Part shown: positions 17,303 to 24,859 of the stretch, in pieces
Position numbering within the stretch: position 1 is the stretch's first letter
Layout of the letters: the number at the start of each line of letters is the position of its first letter
Virus record (IMG/VR): IMGVR_UViG_3300017909_000505
Span: 1 to 24,920 of that record
Direction: 5' to 3' (one strand)
DNA from: a virus
Taxonomy: Duplodnaviria > Caudoviricetes
DNA: 24,920 nucleotides
Position numbers and translations under genes: made by a program
Notes under the pieces: generated by a model
Databases searched by the model: none
Seen by the model: the letters and a program-made list of their open reading frames with translations, nothing else
What the model was told of the DNA's origin: nothing

Positions 17303-18628
17303 ATGAAGAAAGATGTATATCCAGACGTAAGAATTGAAATAATTTCTGAAGGTCTAACAAAAAAAATATTAGGAAAAACAAAGGATGCTACTCCCGTTGT
17401 TTACGGAGAGGAAAAACCTACAGGCGAAAACTTACCTAACATAGATAGTAAAGGTAAAAACAAAGAAATGGGAGGGCTTTTACAAGTGAGTAATAAGAAA
17501 CCAACATACACATCAATAATTAAAGAAGCTATGCTAGAACTCCGTAAGGATGCTCATGATGAAGAAGCAGGTAGAGGAGGAGCAGGATCTTTGCAGAGAA
17601 CACCTAAAGGTAAATATGGTGGATTAGGTAGAGGCAGCGGAGACGCTGGACTGTCGGGATACAGAGCTCAAGGCGGCTTTGGTCCATCTGGTGAAGGCAT
17701 GGGCGAGGGCACATCAAGCCCGTTAACACGAACTGAATCTGTAAAAAGATCAGTGGCTGGAAGTGGATCTGGAACAGGATCTTCAACTAGAAGAAGAGAC
17801 CCCGCAGTATTTCAATCTACTAGAGGAGACTTCGATATGGCAAGAGGTCCCGGTGCTAGAGTGGGAGGAACTGAAACTGCTAAATTAAACATAGGTGCAG
17901 GAGACTCCTCTGAAGAAACAGGCACATCAAGACCTAAAAGACCAGCAAGTGCTTACGCATTTGGTTCAGGCAGAATGGAAGAATCTATCGTTAAAGAAGT
18001 AGTATCTGAATTTTTAAATAAAGGTAAGGTGTGGGATGTACGAAAAGAAACTTGGGTATCAAAACAACCACAAAGCTACGGAGCAGCTACTCCGGGTATG
18101 GGAAGTCAATTTGGAACTAGTGGTGGTGGATCACAACGATCACAACCAGCAATGGCTGGTAGAAGCCGAAAACAAATGATGGCGGGTCCTAAACCTATGG
18201 CAAAAAATTTACAAAAGCAAGCACCTCCTATGACTACATCTGCAACTAAACCAGCTAACATGGGTGTAGGTATGCAACAACCAGTTGTAAGTGGAGCAGG
18301 CTCCATGAAAAATATAGACAAAGCTAAAGTAAATAAAGAGCCAGCACCAGCTGCTAAAAGAAAGACTGCTCCTAGACCTAGGAAGAATATACAAGCTGCT
18401 ATAATTAAAGCTGCTACTCTTGCACTAGAGAAAGCAAAAGGCAAACAGGGCAGAGCTATTTCTAAGAAGAGAACATTTAAACAGACTGATTTAGGTAGAG
18501 GTGCTACTACATTCACTGAGACTACTGAAAAAAGAAGTAGAGGTAGAAACCTCCCATCAAAGGCAAGGTCATTTAGACAAAAGCCTAAGAGAGCTACAGG
18601 TGGAATGGCAGAAACTTACAGAGGATAA
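17303..18628 (+). CDS. Low-complexity G/S/R/K-rich protein, candidate internal head polyprotein
   Basis: 441 aa, mostly disordered-looking, three copies of the amphipathic linker repeat. Confidence 0.7.
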   Translation: MKKDVYPDVRIEIISEGLTKKILGKTKDATPVVYGEEKPTGENLPNIDSKGKNKEMGGLLQVSNKKPTYTSIIKEAMLELRKDAHDEEAGRGGAGSLQRTPKGKYGGLGRGSGDAGLSGYRAQGGFGPSGEGMGEGTSSPLTRTESVKRSVAGSGSGTGSSTRRRDPAVFQSTRGDFDMARGPGARVGGTETAKLNIGAGDSSEETGTSRPKRPASAYAFGSGRMEESIVKEVVSEFLNKGKVWDVRKETWVSKQPQSYGAATPGMGSQFGTSGGGSQRSQPAMAGRSRKQMMAGPKPMAKNLQKQAPPMTTSATKPANMGVGMQQPVVSGAGSMKNIDKAKVNKEPAPAAKRKTAPRPRKNIQAAIIKAATLALEKAKGKQGRAISKKRTFKQTDLGRGATTFTETTEKRSRGRNLPSKARSFRQKPKRATGGMAETYRG

Positions 18629-18630
18629 TC

Positions 18631-21426
18631 ATGGCAAAAAGAGAGTCCATCGTACCCGGATTGGGTAAACAACAGGCGAAAGTCTTGAATAATGAAGCGG
18701 GTAGAAGAGCTGAACACAAAAGGCATCTAGAAGAATTAGGTTTTCCTAAAGAAGTAGATCCCGCGTTCATGCGTTATGCACCTGTAAGTTACGATGATGA
18801 GACTCCATATCCATCTAAAGTTGTTAACCAAGCTGGTGAAGATCTAGGATTCATACCAAAAGATTCACTCATGAAACAAGTTGATGTACAATCTATTGTT
18901 AAGGAAGCTGTGCAAGAAGTATTTATACAAAAGCAAAAGTTTGGTGGTATTGATATTCCAGATAGTTGGGCAGATGCTATTAAAGGTGGAGCTAAGGCTA
19001 CAGCAAATTGGGTCAAGGATACTTATGAGAAACAAGGGAAAGATGTTATAGCAGCTATATTATCTGCTGAATCAGCAGGAGGAAAACTAGGATTAGGAGT
19101 AAATTTTGATCCGAGTAAGAACCCTAAATTTGATACTTTAGATAGTAAGTCAAAGCAAGCAATCGCTGACTTTCTATTAGGTGATAAGTCTTATAATGTG
19201 CAAGTAAAGAACGCACTAGATAAACAAGGAAAAAGAAGTCTTGATGTTAAAGATTTAAATACTGATCCCGAAAAAATACAGTCTATTACAGTAGATCCTA
19301 AAGCAACAGACCCTGCAGGAGTTCCATTAGCATCTCAACCGGGGGGCAGACCTGATGCTGGTAAAACATATGAAGCAGGTAAAGGTGCAACCAAAGACCA
19401 GTCCATGGAGCCGATTAAAGTAACGCCTGATCAGCCTGATGAAGTTGGAGTGCCTTTAAGATTCCAACCGGGTATGAGAGGTACACCAGCAGGTAGAGGT
19501 CAAACACAAGAGTTTGTTCCGGGTCCGGGACAGACACAAGATCAAGTAACACCACCGGGTGGAAAGTTTGGCGGCATAGGTGCTAGACAAATTAAAGTTG
19601 AGGCGGGCACTGGTGCTGATAAAGGTAAACTAGTCGGGACTGTAAGCGGCTCTGGAACTAGTCCATATAGAATATCTGTAGACCCTTCAGATTATGGTGG
19701 TGTCAAAGCAGGGGATACCATTAACTACAACCCATCTAAATCCCCTAAAGACTATCAAGTTACTACAATAACTGATGCTGGTACACCAGTTAAGAGAGAG
19801 TTCACTAAACCGGGACCAACACTTGCAGAAGCTCAAGCTAGAATTGCTAGAGATAATCCTGCAGCACAACCAAAGGGCTCACCTTATTTAAAGAACATGC
19901 AGAAACAAGACGGCTTTGACTATGGTGGATTTGCACCGGGTACTTCAAGGAGACCAAGTGGGAGAAGACCACAAATAAAAGATCAAGCCCCATCAAAACC
20001 ATATAGGTCAAGGCAAGAAGCACGACAGGCGGGTGAGTTTGGTGAGAGAGCAAGAATAAACCCTAAAGTGATGAGTCAAACTCCACGATCATTTTCACGA
20101 GTACAAAAGAGCATGCAGAAATATCAAGCATGGTTGCAGAAAGCTGAAGATGAAGGTGCTATGGCTAAAGTACAATTAGATAGAGTATCTGACTTAGCAT
20201 CTATGATGCACGATATATTAGAAGATGAAGATCAACTACCGGGATGGATTCAGAATAAGATATCTGATTCACTACATAACTTAGAAGCCTCAATCACTCA
20301 CATAATGTATGATGAAAAAGAAGATCGTGATCTGGTCAAGTCCAAAGAAATCTTTCAAGATTTTTTAGTTAGAGCCCCACAAGGCGGGGGCGAACATCTG
20401 GAGAAGGTAGCTCCTATCGTGCCTGCACTGGCTGCTGTTGCAGGGTCTACGGCAGTTAGGACAGCTGCTCCCTTTGCTTTTTTAAAAATAGCTCCTAAGC
20501 TAGCTAAGTTCGTAGGAAAACTATTTGGTAAGAAAAACGCAAAAGATGTCACAAAAGAAACTTTAGAGAATACAGCTAAGAAAGGTTTCACTAAAAAACA
20601 AGCAGCTTTGTTTGCGGCACCTTTAGGTGGGGCATATTTACTAAGCCAAGGAACAGATGATCCGGATGAAAAAGCAGCTATGGATGAGATGCAGAAGTTT
20701 GGACAGGATTTACAAAATAGTATAAATGATCAAATGGCACAAATAGGGCAGGGGATTCAAGATACGTATGGTTCTTTATCTACAGAGATAGCTGACTTTC
20801 AAGCAAAGGTACAACAGCAAGGGCAACAACCATCTCCTAGTAATCAACAGATAGGTGATGGCTTAACTGACAGAGAGCTGGGTAGGAGAGGTGTGGACAC
20901 TCTTAAACCATCGTACATAGAGCCAATATATGATACTAGTCCTGAATATGATAGGAAAGTAAAGGAACAGGGAGCACCATCAAGAATCATTGGAGCTGAT
21001 GTAGATGGTCAAAAGTATCAATTTGAAAGACCTATAACAAGCATGTCAGGAATTAAATCAAGTTTACAAACTGCTACGCCGGTAAAACAAATTGTAAAGG
21101 AAGCTATACTTGAATTAAGTAAAGCAAAAAAGAAGGGTGGTAGGAAAAAAGATCCTCGTCTTGAAAGAGCTGGAGTAGAAGGTTATAATAAACCTAAGAG
21201 AACTCCTAAGCACCCAACTAAATCACACATAGTTGTAGCTAAAGAGGGTAACAAAATAAAAACTATACGTTACGGACAACAAGGTGCAAAGACTGCAGGC
21301 GATCCAAAGAAGGGTGAGTCTGAAAAGATGAAAAAGAAACGAAAGTCATTTAAAGCACGACATAGAAAAAACATAAAGCGTGGTAAGATGTCAGCAGCTT
21401 ACTGGGCAGACAAATCTAAATGGTAG
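18631..21426 (+). CDS. 931-aa modular protein, candidate internal head polyprotein
   Basis: Two linker repeats, P/G-rich block, acidic helical module, hydrophobic/amphipathic block, Q-rich block, very basic C-terminal domain. Confidence 0.72.
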   Translation: MAKRESIVPGLGKQQAKVLNNEAGRRAEHKRHLEELGFPKEVDPAFMRYAPVSYDDETPYPSKVVNQAGEDLGFIPKDSLMKQVDVQSIVKEAVQEVFIQKQKFGGIDIPDSWADAIKGGAKATANWVKDTYEKQGKDVIAAILSAESAGGKLGLGVNFDPSKNPKFDTLDSKSKQAIADFLLGDKSYNVQVKNALDKQGKRSLDVKDLNTDPEKIQSITVDPKATDPAGVPLASQPGGRPDAGKTYEAGKGATKDQSMEPIKVTPDQPDEVGVPLRFQPGMRGTPAGRGQTQEFVPGPGQTQDQVTPPGGKFGGIGARQIKVEAGTGADKGKLVGTVSGSGTSPYRISVDPSDYGGVKAGDTINYNPSKSPKDYQVTTITDAGTPVKREFTKPGPTLAEAQARIARDNPAAQPKGSPYLKNMQKQDGFDYGGFAPGTSRRPSGRRPQIKDQAPSKPYRSRQEARQAGEFGERARINPKVMSQTPRSFSRVQKSMQKYQAWLQKAEDEGAMAKVQLDRVSDLASMMHDILEDEDQLPGWIQNKISDSLHNLEASITHIMYDEKEDRDLVKSKEIFQDFLVRAPQGGGEHLEKVAPIVPALAAVAGSTAVRTAAPFAFLKIAPKLAKFVGKLFGKKNAKDVTKETLENTAKKGFTKKQAALFAAPLGGAYLLSQGTDDPDEKAAMDEMQKFGQDLQNSINDQMAQIGQGIQDTYGSLSTEIADFQAKVQQQGQQPSPSNQQIGDGLTDRELGRRGVDTLKPSYIEPIYDTSPEYDRKVKEQGAPSRIIGADVDGQKYQFERPITSMSGIKSSLQTATPVKQIVKEAILELSKAKKKGGRKKDPRLERAGVEGYNKPKRTPKHPTKSHIVVAKEGNKIKTIRYGQQGAKTAGDPKKGESEKMKKKRKSFKARHRKNIKRGKMSAAYWADKSKW

Positions 21427-21432
21427 GATGAA

Positions 21433-21669
21433 ATGGATTACGCACAAATAATATTTAATCAAATACTAGAAAAAGCTAAAAAGCGAAAAAAGAAAAAGAA
21501 GTCTACTGTAAATAAAGCAGGGAACTATACTAAACCGGGCATGAGGAAACGAATGTTTCAAAGAATCAAAGCTGGTAGTAAAGGTGGTGCACCCGGACAA
21601 TGGTCTGCTAGGAAGGCACAACTTCTTGCACAACGATATAAGAAAGCCGGAGGAGGCTACAGGAACTAA
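21433..21669 (+). CDS. Small very basic protein (GG.PGQWSARKAQ family, recalled as DUF5872-like N-part)
   Basis: NYTKPGMRKR...GSKGGAPGQWSARKAQLLAQRYKKAGGGY, preceded by leader QIIFNQILEKA. Confidence 0.75.
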   Translation: MDYAQIIFNQILEKAKKRKKKKKSTVNKAGNYTKPGMRKRMFQRIKAGSKGGAPGQWSARKAQLLAQRYKKAGGGYRN

Positions 21670-21938
21670 TGGCTAAGAAGAAGTCACAGAAGTCTCTCAG
21701 TAGATGGACTGACCAAGATTGGGACTACGTTTCTGAAGGTGACAAAAAGAAACCTAAGAAGAAGCGAGGTAGATACTTGCCTAAGTCTGTGCGAAGAAGC
21801 CTAACACCCGGTCAGAAAGCTGCGACTAATAGAAAGAAACGTAAGGCAGGTGGTGTAGGAAGCCGTGCTAAATATTCAAAGAAGGTAGCTAAGAAAGTAA
21901 GTAGTGTATCAAAGCTCATTAAATATCTAAACATTTAG
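21669..21938 (+). CDS. Small very basic protein (SQKSL..WT.QDW / RYLP family, recalled as DUF5872-like C-part)
   Basis: TAATG coupling; SQKSLSRWTDQDW...RYLPKS...AATNRKKR. Confidence 0.75.
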   Translation: MAKKKSQKSLSRWTDQDWDYVSEGDKKKPKKKRGRYLPKSVRRSLTPGQKAATNRKKRKAGGVGSRAKYSKKVAKKVSSVSKLIKYLNI

Positions 21939-21949
21939 GAGATTATCAA

Positions 21950-22039
21950 ATGATAAGCAACATACTAATTAAAGTAACTCGTTTTGTAATTGGAACCATC
22001 AAAGTAATATTAGGTGGTTCAATATATAAAAGAAAATAA
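21950..22039 (+). CDS. 29-aa cationic amphipathic peptide, missing from ORF track
   Basis: AGGAG SD at 21937-21941; MISNILIKVTRFVIGTIKVILGGSIYKRK. Confidence 0.5.
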   Translation: MISNILIKVTRFVIGTIKVILGGSIYKRK

Positions 22040-22063
22040 ACCTTACCAAATTTACTCAAACTA

Positions 22064-22072
22064 TTGTATAAT
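22064..22072 (+). promoter_or_regulatory. Variant promoter motif TTGTATAAT
   Basis: Intergenic, followed by AGGAGG at 22081-22086. Confidence 0.55.
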
Positions 22073-22095
22073 AGTATCACAGGAGGATTTAATCT

Positions 22096-22305
22096 ATGGA
22101 ACAATTTATATGTGAATGCGAATGCGAGTTAGACATTCAATGCGATGAGGAAACATGTAAGAGGGATGAGTGTGAAGCAGACGAATGTTTATCCACATGC
22201 GAAAATAAAATAGATGATGAAGAATATGAATGTTGTGGTGAAGGATGCTGTGACGCAGAGAATGAATTATTCAACAAAATTGTATATGATGAGTTTGGTT
22301 GCTAG
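22096..22305 (+). CDS. Cys-rich acidic metallothionein-like protein
   Basis: 13 Cys in 69 aa (CECEC, CC, CC); AGGAGG SD. Confidence 0.7.
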   Translation: MEQFICECECELDIQCDEETCKRDECEADECLSTCENKIDDEEYECCGEGCCDAENELFNKIVYDEFGC

Positions 22306-22650
22306 ATGAGATATCGATACGATACAAAACCTAAGAGTCCTATAAAAAAGGAATTTAAACAATCAGTAGCAGTACCGTTAAGAAACAATAATAGAGCCGA
22401 TAAGATTGATGAAATTAATCTAGGAGGGAATATGTCTATATGGCATGTGACGCTTGAAACAGGTTATGAAGAAATAGTCTTTGCTGAAAGCTATGATGAA
22501 GCTGTTAAAAAAGCTGAACACAATCAAGATAACCCAACCTATAAAACAAGTGGGTTTGAAATATTTTACACTCTGATAAAAGATATAAGAGATATCAGAG
22601 ATGATTTAGAAAGAATAAAAAAAGTAATTAAAATACCAGAGGAAGAATAG
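22306..22650 (+). CDS. Hypothetical protein (start may be ATG 22432)
   Basis: In-frame ATG 22432 has AGGAGG SD; VFAESYDEAVKKA motif. Confidence 0.6.
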   Translation: MRYRYDTKPKSPIKKEFKQSVAVPLRNNNRADKIDEINLGGNMSIWHVTLETGYEEIVFAESYDEAVKKAEHNQDNPTYKTSGFEIFYTLIKDIRDIRDDLERIKKVIKIPEEE

Positions 22651-22651
22651 A

Positions 22652-22924
22652 ATGGCAGACTTTACATTTTTACAAAACACAGAAGCGTTTGAAACAATAT
22701 GGGAGTACAGGAACGATACTAATATAATTATAGTTCAACCCGTTACTTTACTAACATATAACTATCAGATAAATGACAGTAATGGTATTGCTGTTCAGAC
22801 TGAGTGGTCAACTAATGGCGTGACTGCTAGTGAGTTAGTATCCCAATTAGAAACATTTTTAGGGGAGACTGTAAATTTTCCTGTAAGCGTGAAAGGAGAA
22901 ACACCTACGCCTGAAGAAGGCTAG
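22652..22924 (+). CDS. Hypothetical acidic protein
   Basis: 90 aa, GAGG upstream, tight packing. Confidence 0.65.
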   Translation: MADFTFLQNTEAFETIWEYRNDTNIIIVQPVTLLTYNYQINDSNGIAVQTEWSTNGVTASELVSQLETFLGETVNFPVSVKGETPTPEEG

Positions 22925-22929
22925 GAAGA

Positions 22930-23289
22930 CTAATCGTCTTTTCCACCACCATGAACATCAATAGCAGACTTAGCACCCTTTTTCTTAACCCTATAAGTAT
23001 CGGTTTGAGCGTGGCAGTTAGGACATATCAACTGCAAGTTCTCTTTCCTATTATCATTATGATCGCCATTTTTATGGTCAAGTTCTAAAGGAATATCCTC
23101 TTGCATCCAATAAGCCAAACCACATATAGCACAGATAGGATCAAGGATACCCTCTTTGATAATCCTGATCTTCAGCTTGTCGCTTTGCATCGGAACTTTA
23201 TTAGAAAGATAATCTTCAATTGGTCTAGCTTTCTGAATGTCGTATTTAGTTTTTACAAATGGTGGAACACCAGCTTTTCTAATTTTCAT
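22930..23289 (-). CDS. HNH endonuclease
   Basis: CAICG...LELDHKNGDHNDNRKENLQLICPNCH. Confidence 0.92.
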   Translation of the reverse strand: MKIRKAGVPPFVKTKYDIQKARPIEDYLSNKVPMQSDKLKIRIIKEGILDPICAICGLAYWMQEDIPLELDHKNGDHNDNRKENLQLICPNCHAQTDTYRVKKKGAKSAIDVHGGGKDD

Positions 23290-23315
23290 ATTATGTTCAC
23301 TTTTACTAAAATTGT

Positions 23316-23334
23316 GTTATACTATATTATACTA
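23316..23334 (-). promoter_or_regulatory. TAGTATAAT promoter motif, copy 6, upstream of HNH gene
   Basis: Minus strand reads TAGTATAATATAGTATAAC; first 16 nt identical to 11348-11363. Confidence 0.68.
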
Positions 23335-23368
23335 AGTAAATTAATAAAATTGAAATTGTGGAGGTTTC

Positions 23369-23443
23369 ATGCAAATAACAGATGCTTGGAAGTTTTTAAT
23401 ATTCTTAGTAATATTAGGAATGTGGCTAACGCCGTCAGTATAA
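23369..23443 (+). CDS. 24-aa hydrophobic single-TM peptide, missing from ORF track
   Basis: GGAGGT SD at 23360-23365; MQITDAWKFLIFLVILGMWLTPSV. Confidence 0.55.
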   Translation: MQITDAWKFLIFLVILGMWLTPSV

Positions 23444-23471
23444 ATAATAAACAGATAGACAGAGGATTGAT

Positions 23472-23615
23472 ATGAAGTTCATAAAAAGATTTCTCTGTCT
23501 ACTTAAAATAACAGAGTGTGATTATGGTTTAGTAGAAGTCTATCCTGACTCCCCTAAAAGAAAACTCATCTGTTCAAAATGTCAGAGAGTGAGGTTTAAA
23601 CTAAATGTCAGATAA
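23472..23615 (+). CDS. 47-aa putative zinc-finger protein, missing from ORF track
   Basis: GAGG SD; MKFIKRFLCLLKITECDYGLVEVYPDSPKRKLICSKCQRVRFKLNVR. Confidence 0.6.
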   Translation: MKFIKRFLCLLKITECDYGLVEVYPDSPKRKLICSKCQRVRFKLNVR

Positions 23616-24051
23616 TGAAAAAAACTATAAAATTAGTGAGGTAGAAAATCGTGTAATCAACTTAACATTATACGAACTTTTATTCATAGATGACGCAATT
23701 ACGCTGATGATTGACTCTAGGGACTTGGAACACATGTTTCCTTTAAAGCCTCAAATTAGATTATCTTTAGTGGCAGTGCCAATAGATTTAATTGATAAGA
23801 TTGGGAACGGGATCTTAGAGCATATGCGTATGAATAAATCAGCATTACAAACTATACCTATAAAAATATCAGAGATGGAACTATATATGTTAAGAGAAAT
23901 CTCTTTAGCTAAAGCTGAATATTTTGGTAGGCAAGTTGGGATTTCATTAAAAAGAAAAGTATACTCTGCCTTATTTACTCAGAAAAATAAACAACATGAC
24001 TTTTTAGAACAATTATTAAAAGACATAGATTTAGGAGAAAAGAATGACTAA
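23605..24051 (+). CDS. Hypothetical protein
   Basis: GAGGT SD; 148 aa; weak internal duplication INLTLYELLFI / IKISEMELYML. Confidence 0.7.
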   Translation: MSDNEKNYKISEVENRVINLTLYELLFIDDAITLMIDSRDLEHMFPLKPQIRLSLVAVPIDLIDKIGNGILEHMRMNKSALQTIPIKISEMELYMLREISLAKAEYFGRQVGISLKRKVYSALFTQKNKQHDFLEQLLKDIDLGEKND

Positions 24052-24397
24052 CGAGTTAAGTATGAAAGAACTTTTAGAACAAGCAACTATGTTTGTGGGA
24101 ATAAACAAGATCACTAAGAAGAACGCTAAACTTTTTAACAAGAGGTTAAAGATATTAAGGTTTGCAGGATTGCACATCTTTGACCATGTAACACTCTCTG
24201 ATATAGAGGAACACATTGACCTTAGCACAGATGCGAAGAAGATGAACCCTACTGAATTTAAAAACACCGTATGGTCTAGCATGGAAGAGGGTGCTGAAAT
24301 TTTAGTTAAGGATCAGGAAAACCCCCCTGAAATTTTAGATAGTCAGGAACAGGAAACTCAACAAGATAGTGAGATACAGGAACAAGACCAAAGCTGA
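24044..24397 (+). CDS. Hypothetical protein with Q/E/D-rich tail
   Basis: AGGAG SD; overlaps upstream stop. Confidence 0.7.
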   Translation: MTNELSMKELLEQATMFVGINKITKKNAKLFNKRLKILRFAGLHIFDHVTLSDIEEHIDLSTDAKKMNPTEFKNTVWSSMEEGAEILVKDQENPPEILDSQEQETQQDSEIQEQDQS

Positions 24398-24420
24398 TTG
24401 ATTGGTATCTTTCTTCATGG

Positions 24421-24564
24421 CTATACTTGGGCTAGATAAAATCTAGTGAACTCCCCTGATGGCTTATATATATCGTGATAGTAATCATCTTCAAGATGAC
24501 TTATCATGTCTAAATCTGCATAGTAATTCTGTGGCTTAAATGCCCACTTCAAAAGTCTTTTCAA
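24421..24564 (-). CDS. Possible 47-aa minus-strand protein (TTG start)
   Basis: AAGGGGGT SD-like; MKRLLKWAFKPQNYYADLDMISHLEDDYYHDIYKPSGEFTRFYLAQV fills an otherwise empty gap. Confidence 0.4.
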   Translation of the reverse strand: MKRLLKWAFKPQNYYADLDMISHLEDDYYHDIYKPSGEFTRFYLAQV

Positions 24565-24573
24565 AATACCCCC

Positions 24574-24603
24574 TTGACAATATTAGTTTCTCTAGTTTAT
24601 CAT
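24574..24603 (+). promoter_or_regulatory. Sigma70-type promoter
   Basis: Perfect TTGACA (24574-24579), 18-nt spacer, TATCAT (24598-24603). Confidence 0.65.
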
Positions 24604-24646
24604 ACTTTTTACAGATTGAATTAAGTTACGAAAGGGTTAACAAAAT

Positions 24647-24859
24647 ATGAAAGAATATGAATTTGTATTTTCAGTTCCGTGCTTTATGAATTATACCATA
24701 ATAGCAGAGAACGAAGCACAAGCTAGAGAGATACTAGAAAATGATGGTACAGAAATTAAAGGGGAATGGAGAAATTGTCCTAGTGGAGATTTATCTTTAG
24801 AAGCCGAAGATTATAAAAAAGCAGATTTAATAGAAGAACTAGAGGTGTACTATGACTAA
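24647..24859 (+). CDS. Small acidic hypothetical protein
   Basis: 70 aa, YTIIAENEAQAREIL motif resembling that in ORF 22306-22650. Confidence 0.65.
   Translation: MKEYEFVFSVPCFMNYTIIAENEAQAREILENDGTEIKGEWRNCPSGDLSLEAEDYKKADLIEELEVYYD

Noticed and set aside
21424-22308. TAG recoding, suggested by in-frame neighbours at 21426/21433 and 22305/22306
   Set aside because: Long conserved genes have no internal TAG or TGA and end sensibly at TAG (terL TAG is followed directly by TAA); in-frame neighbours arise by chance one time in three.
23101-23475. 124-aa plus-strand ORF
   Set aside because: Overlaps the HNH gene and promoter region; SD-led small ORFs explain the region better.
24335-24418. Antisense hydrophobic peptide MKKDTNQSALVLFLYLTILLSFLFLTI
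   Set aside because: Hydrophobicity is the expected mirror of the Q/E/D-rich tail on the plus strand, and there is no clear SD; not excluded but unsupported.
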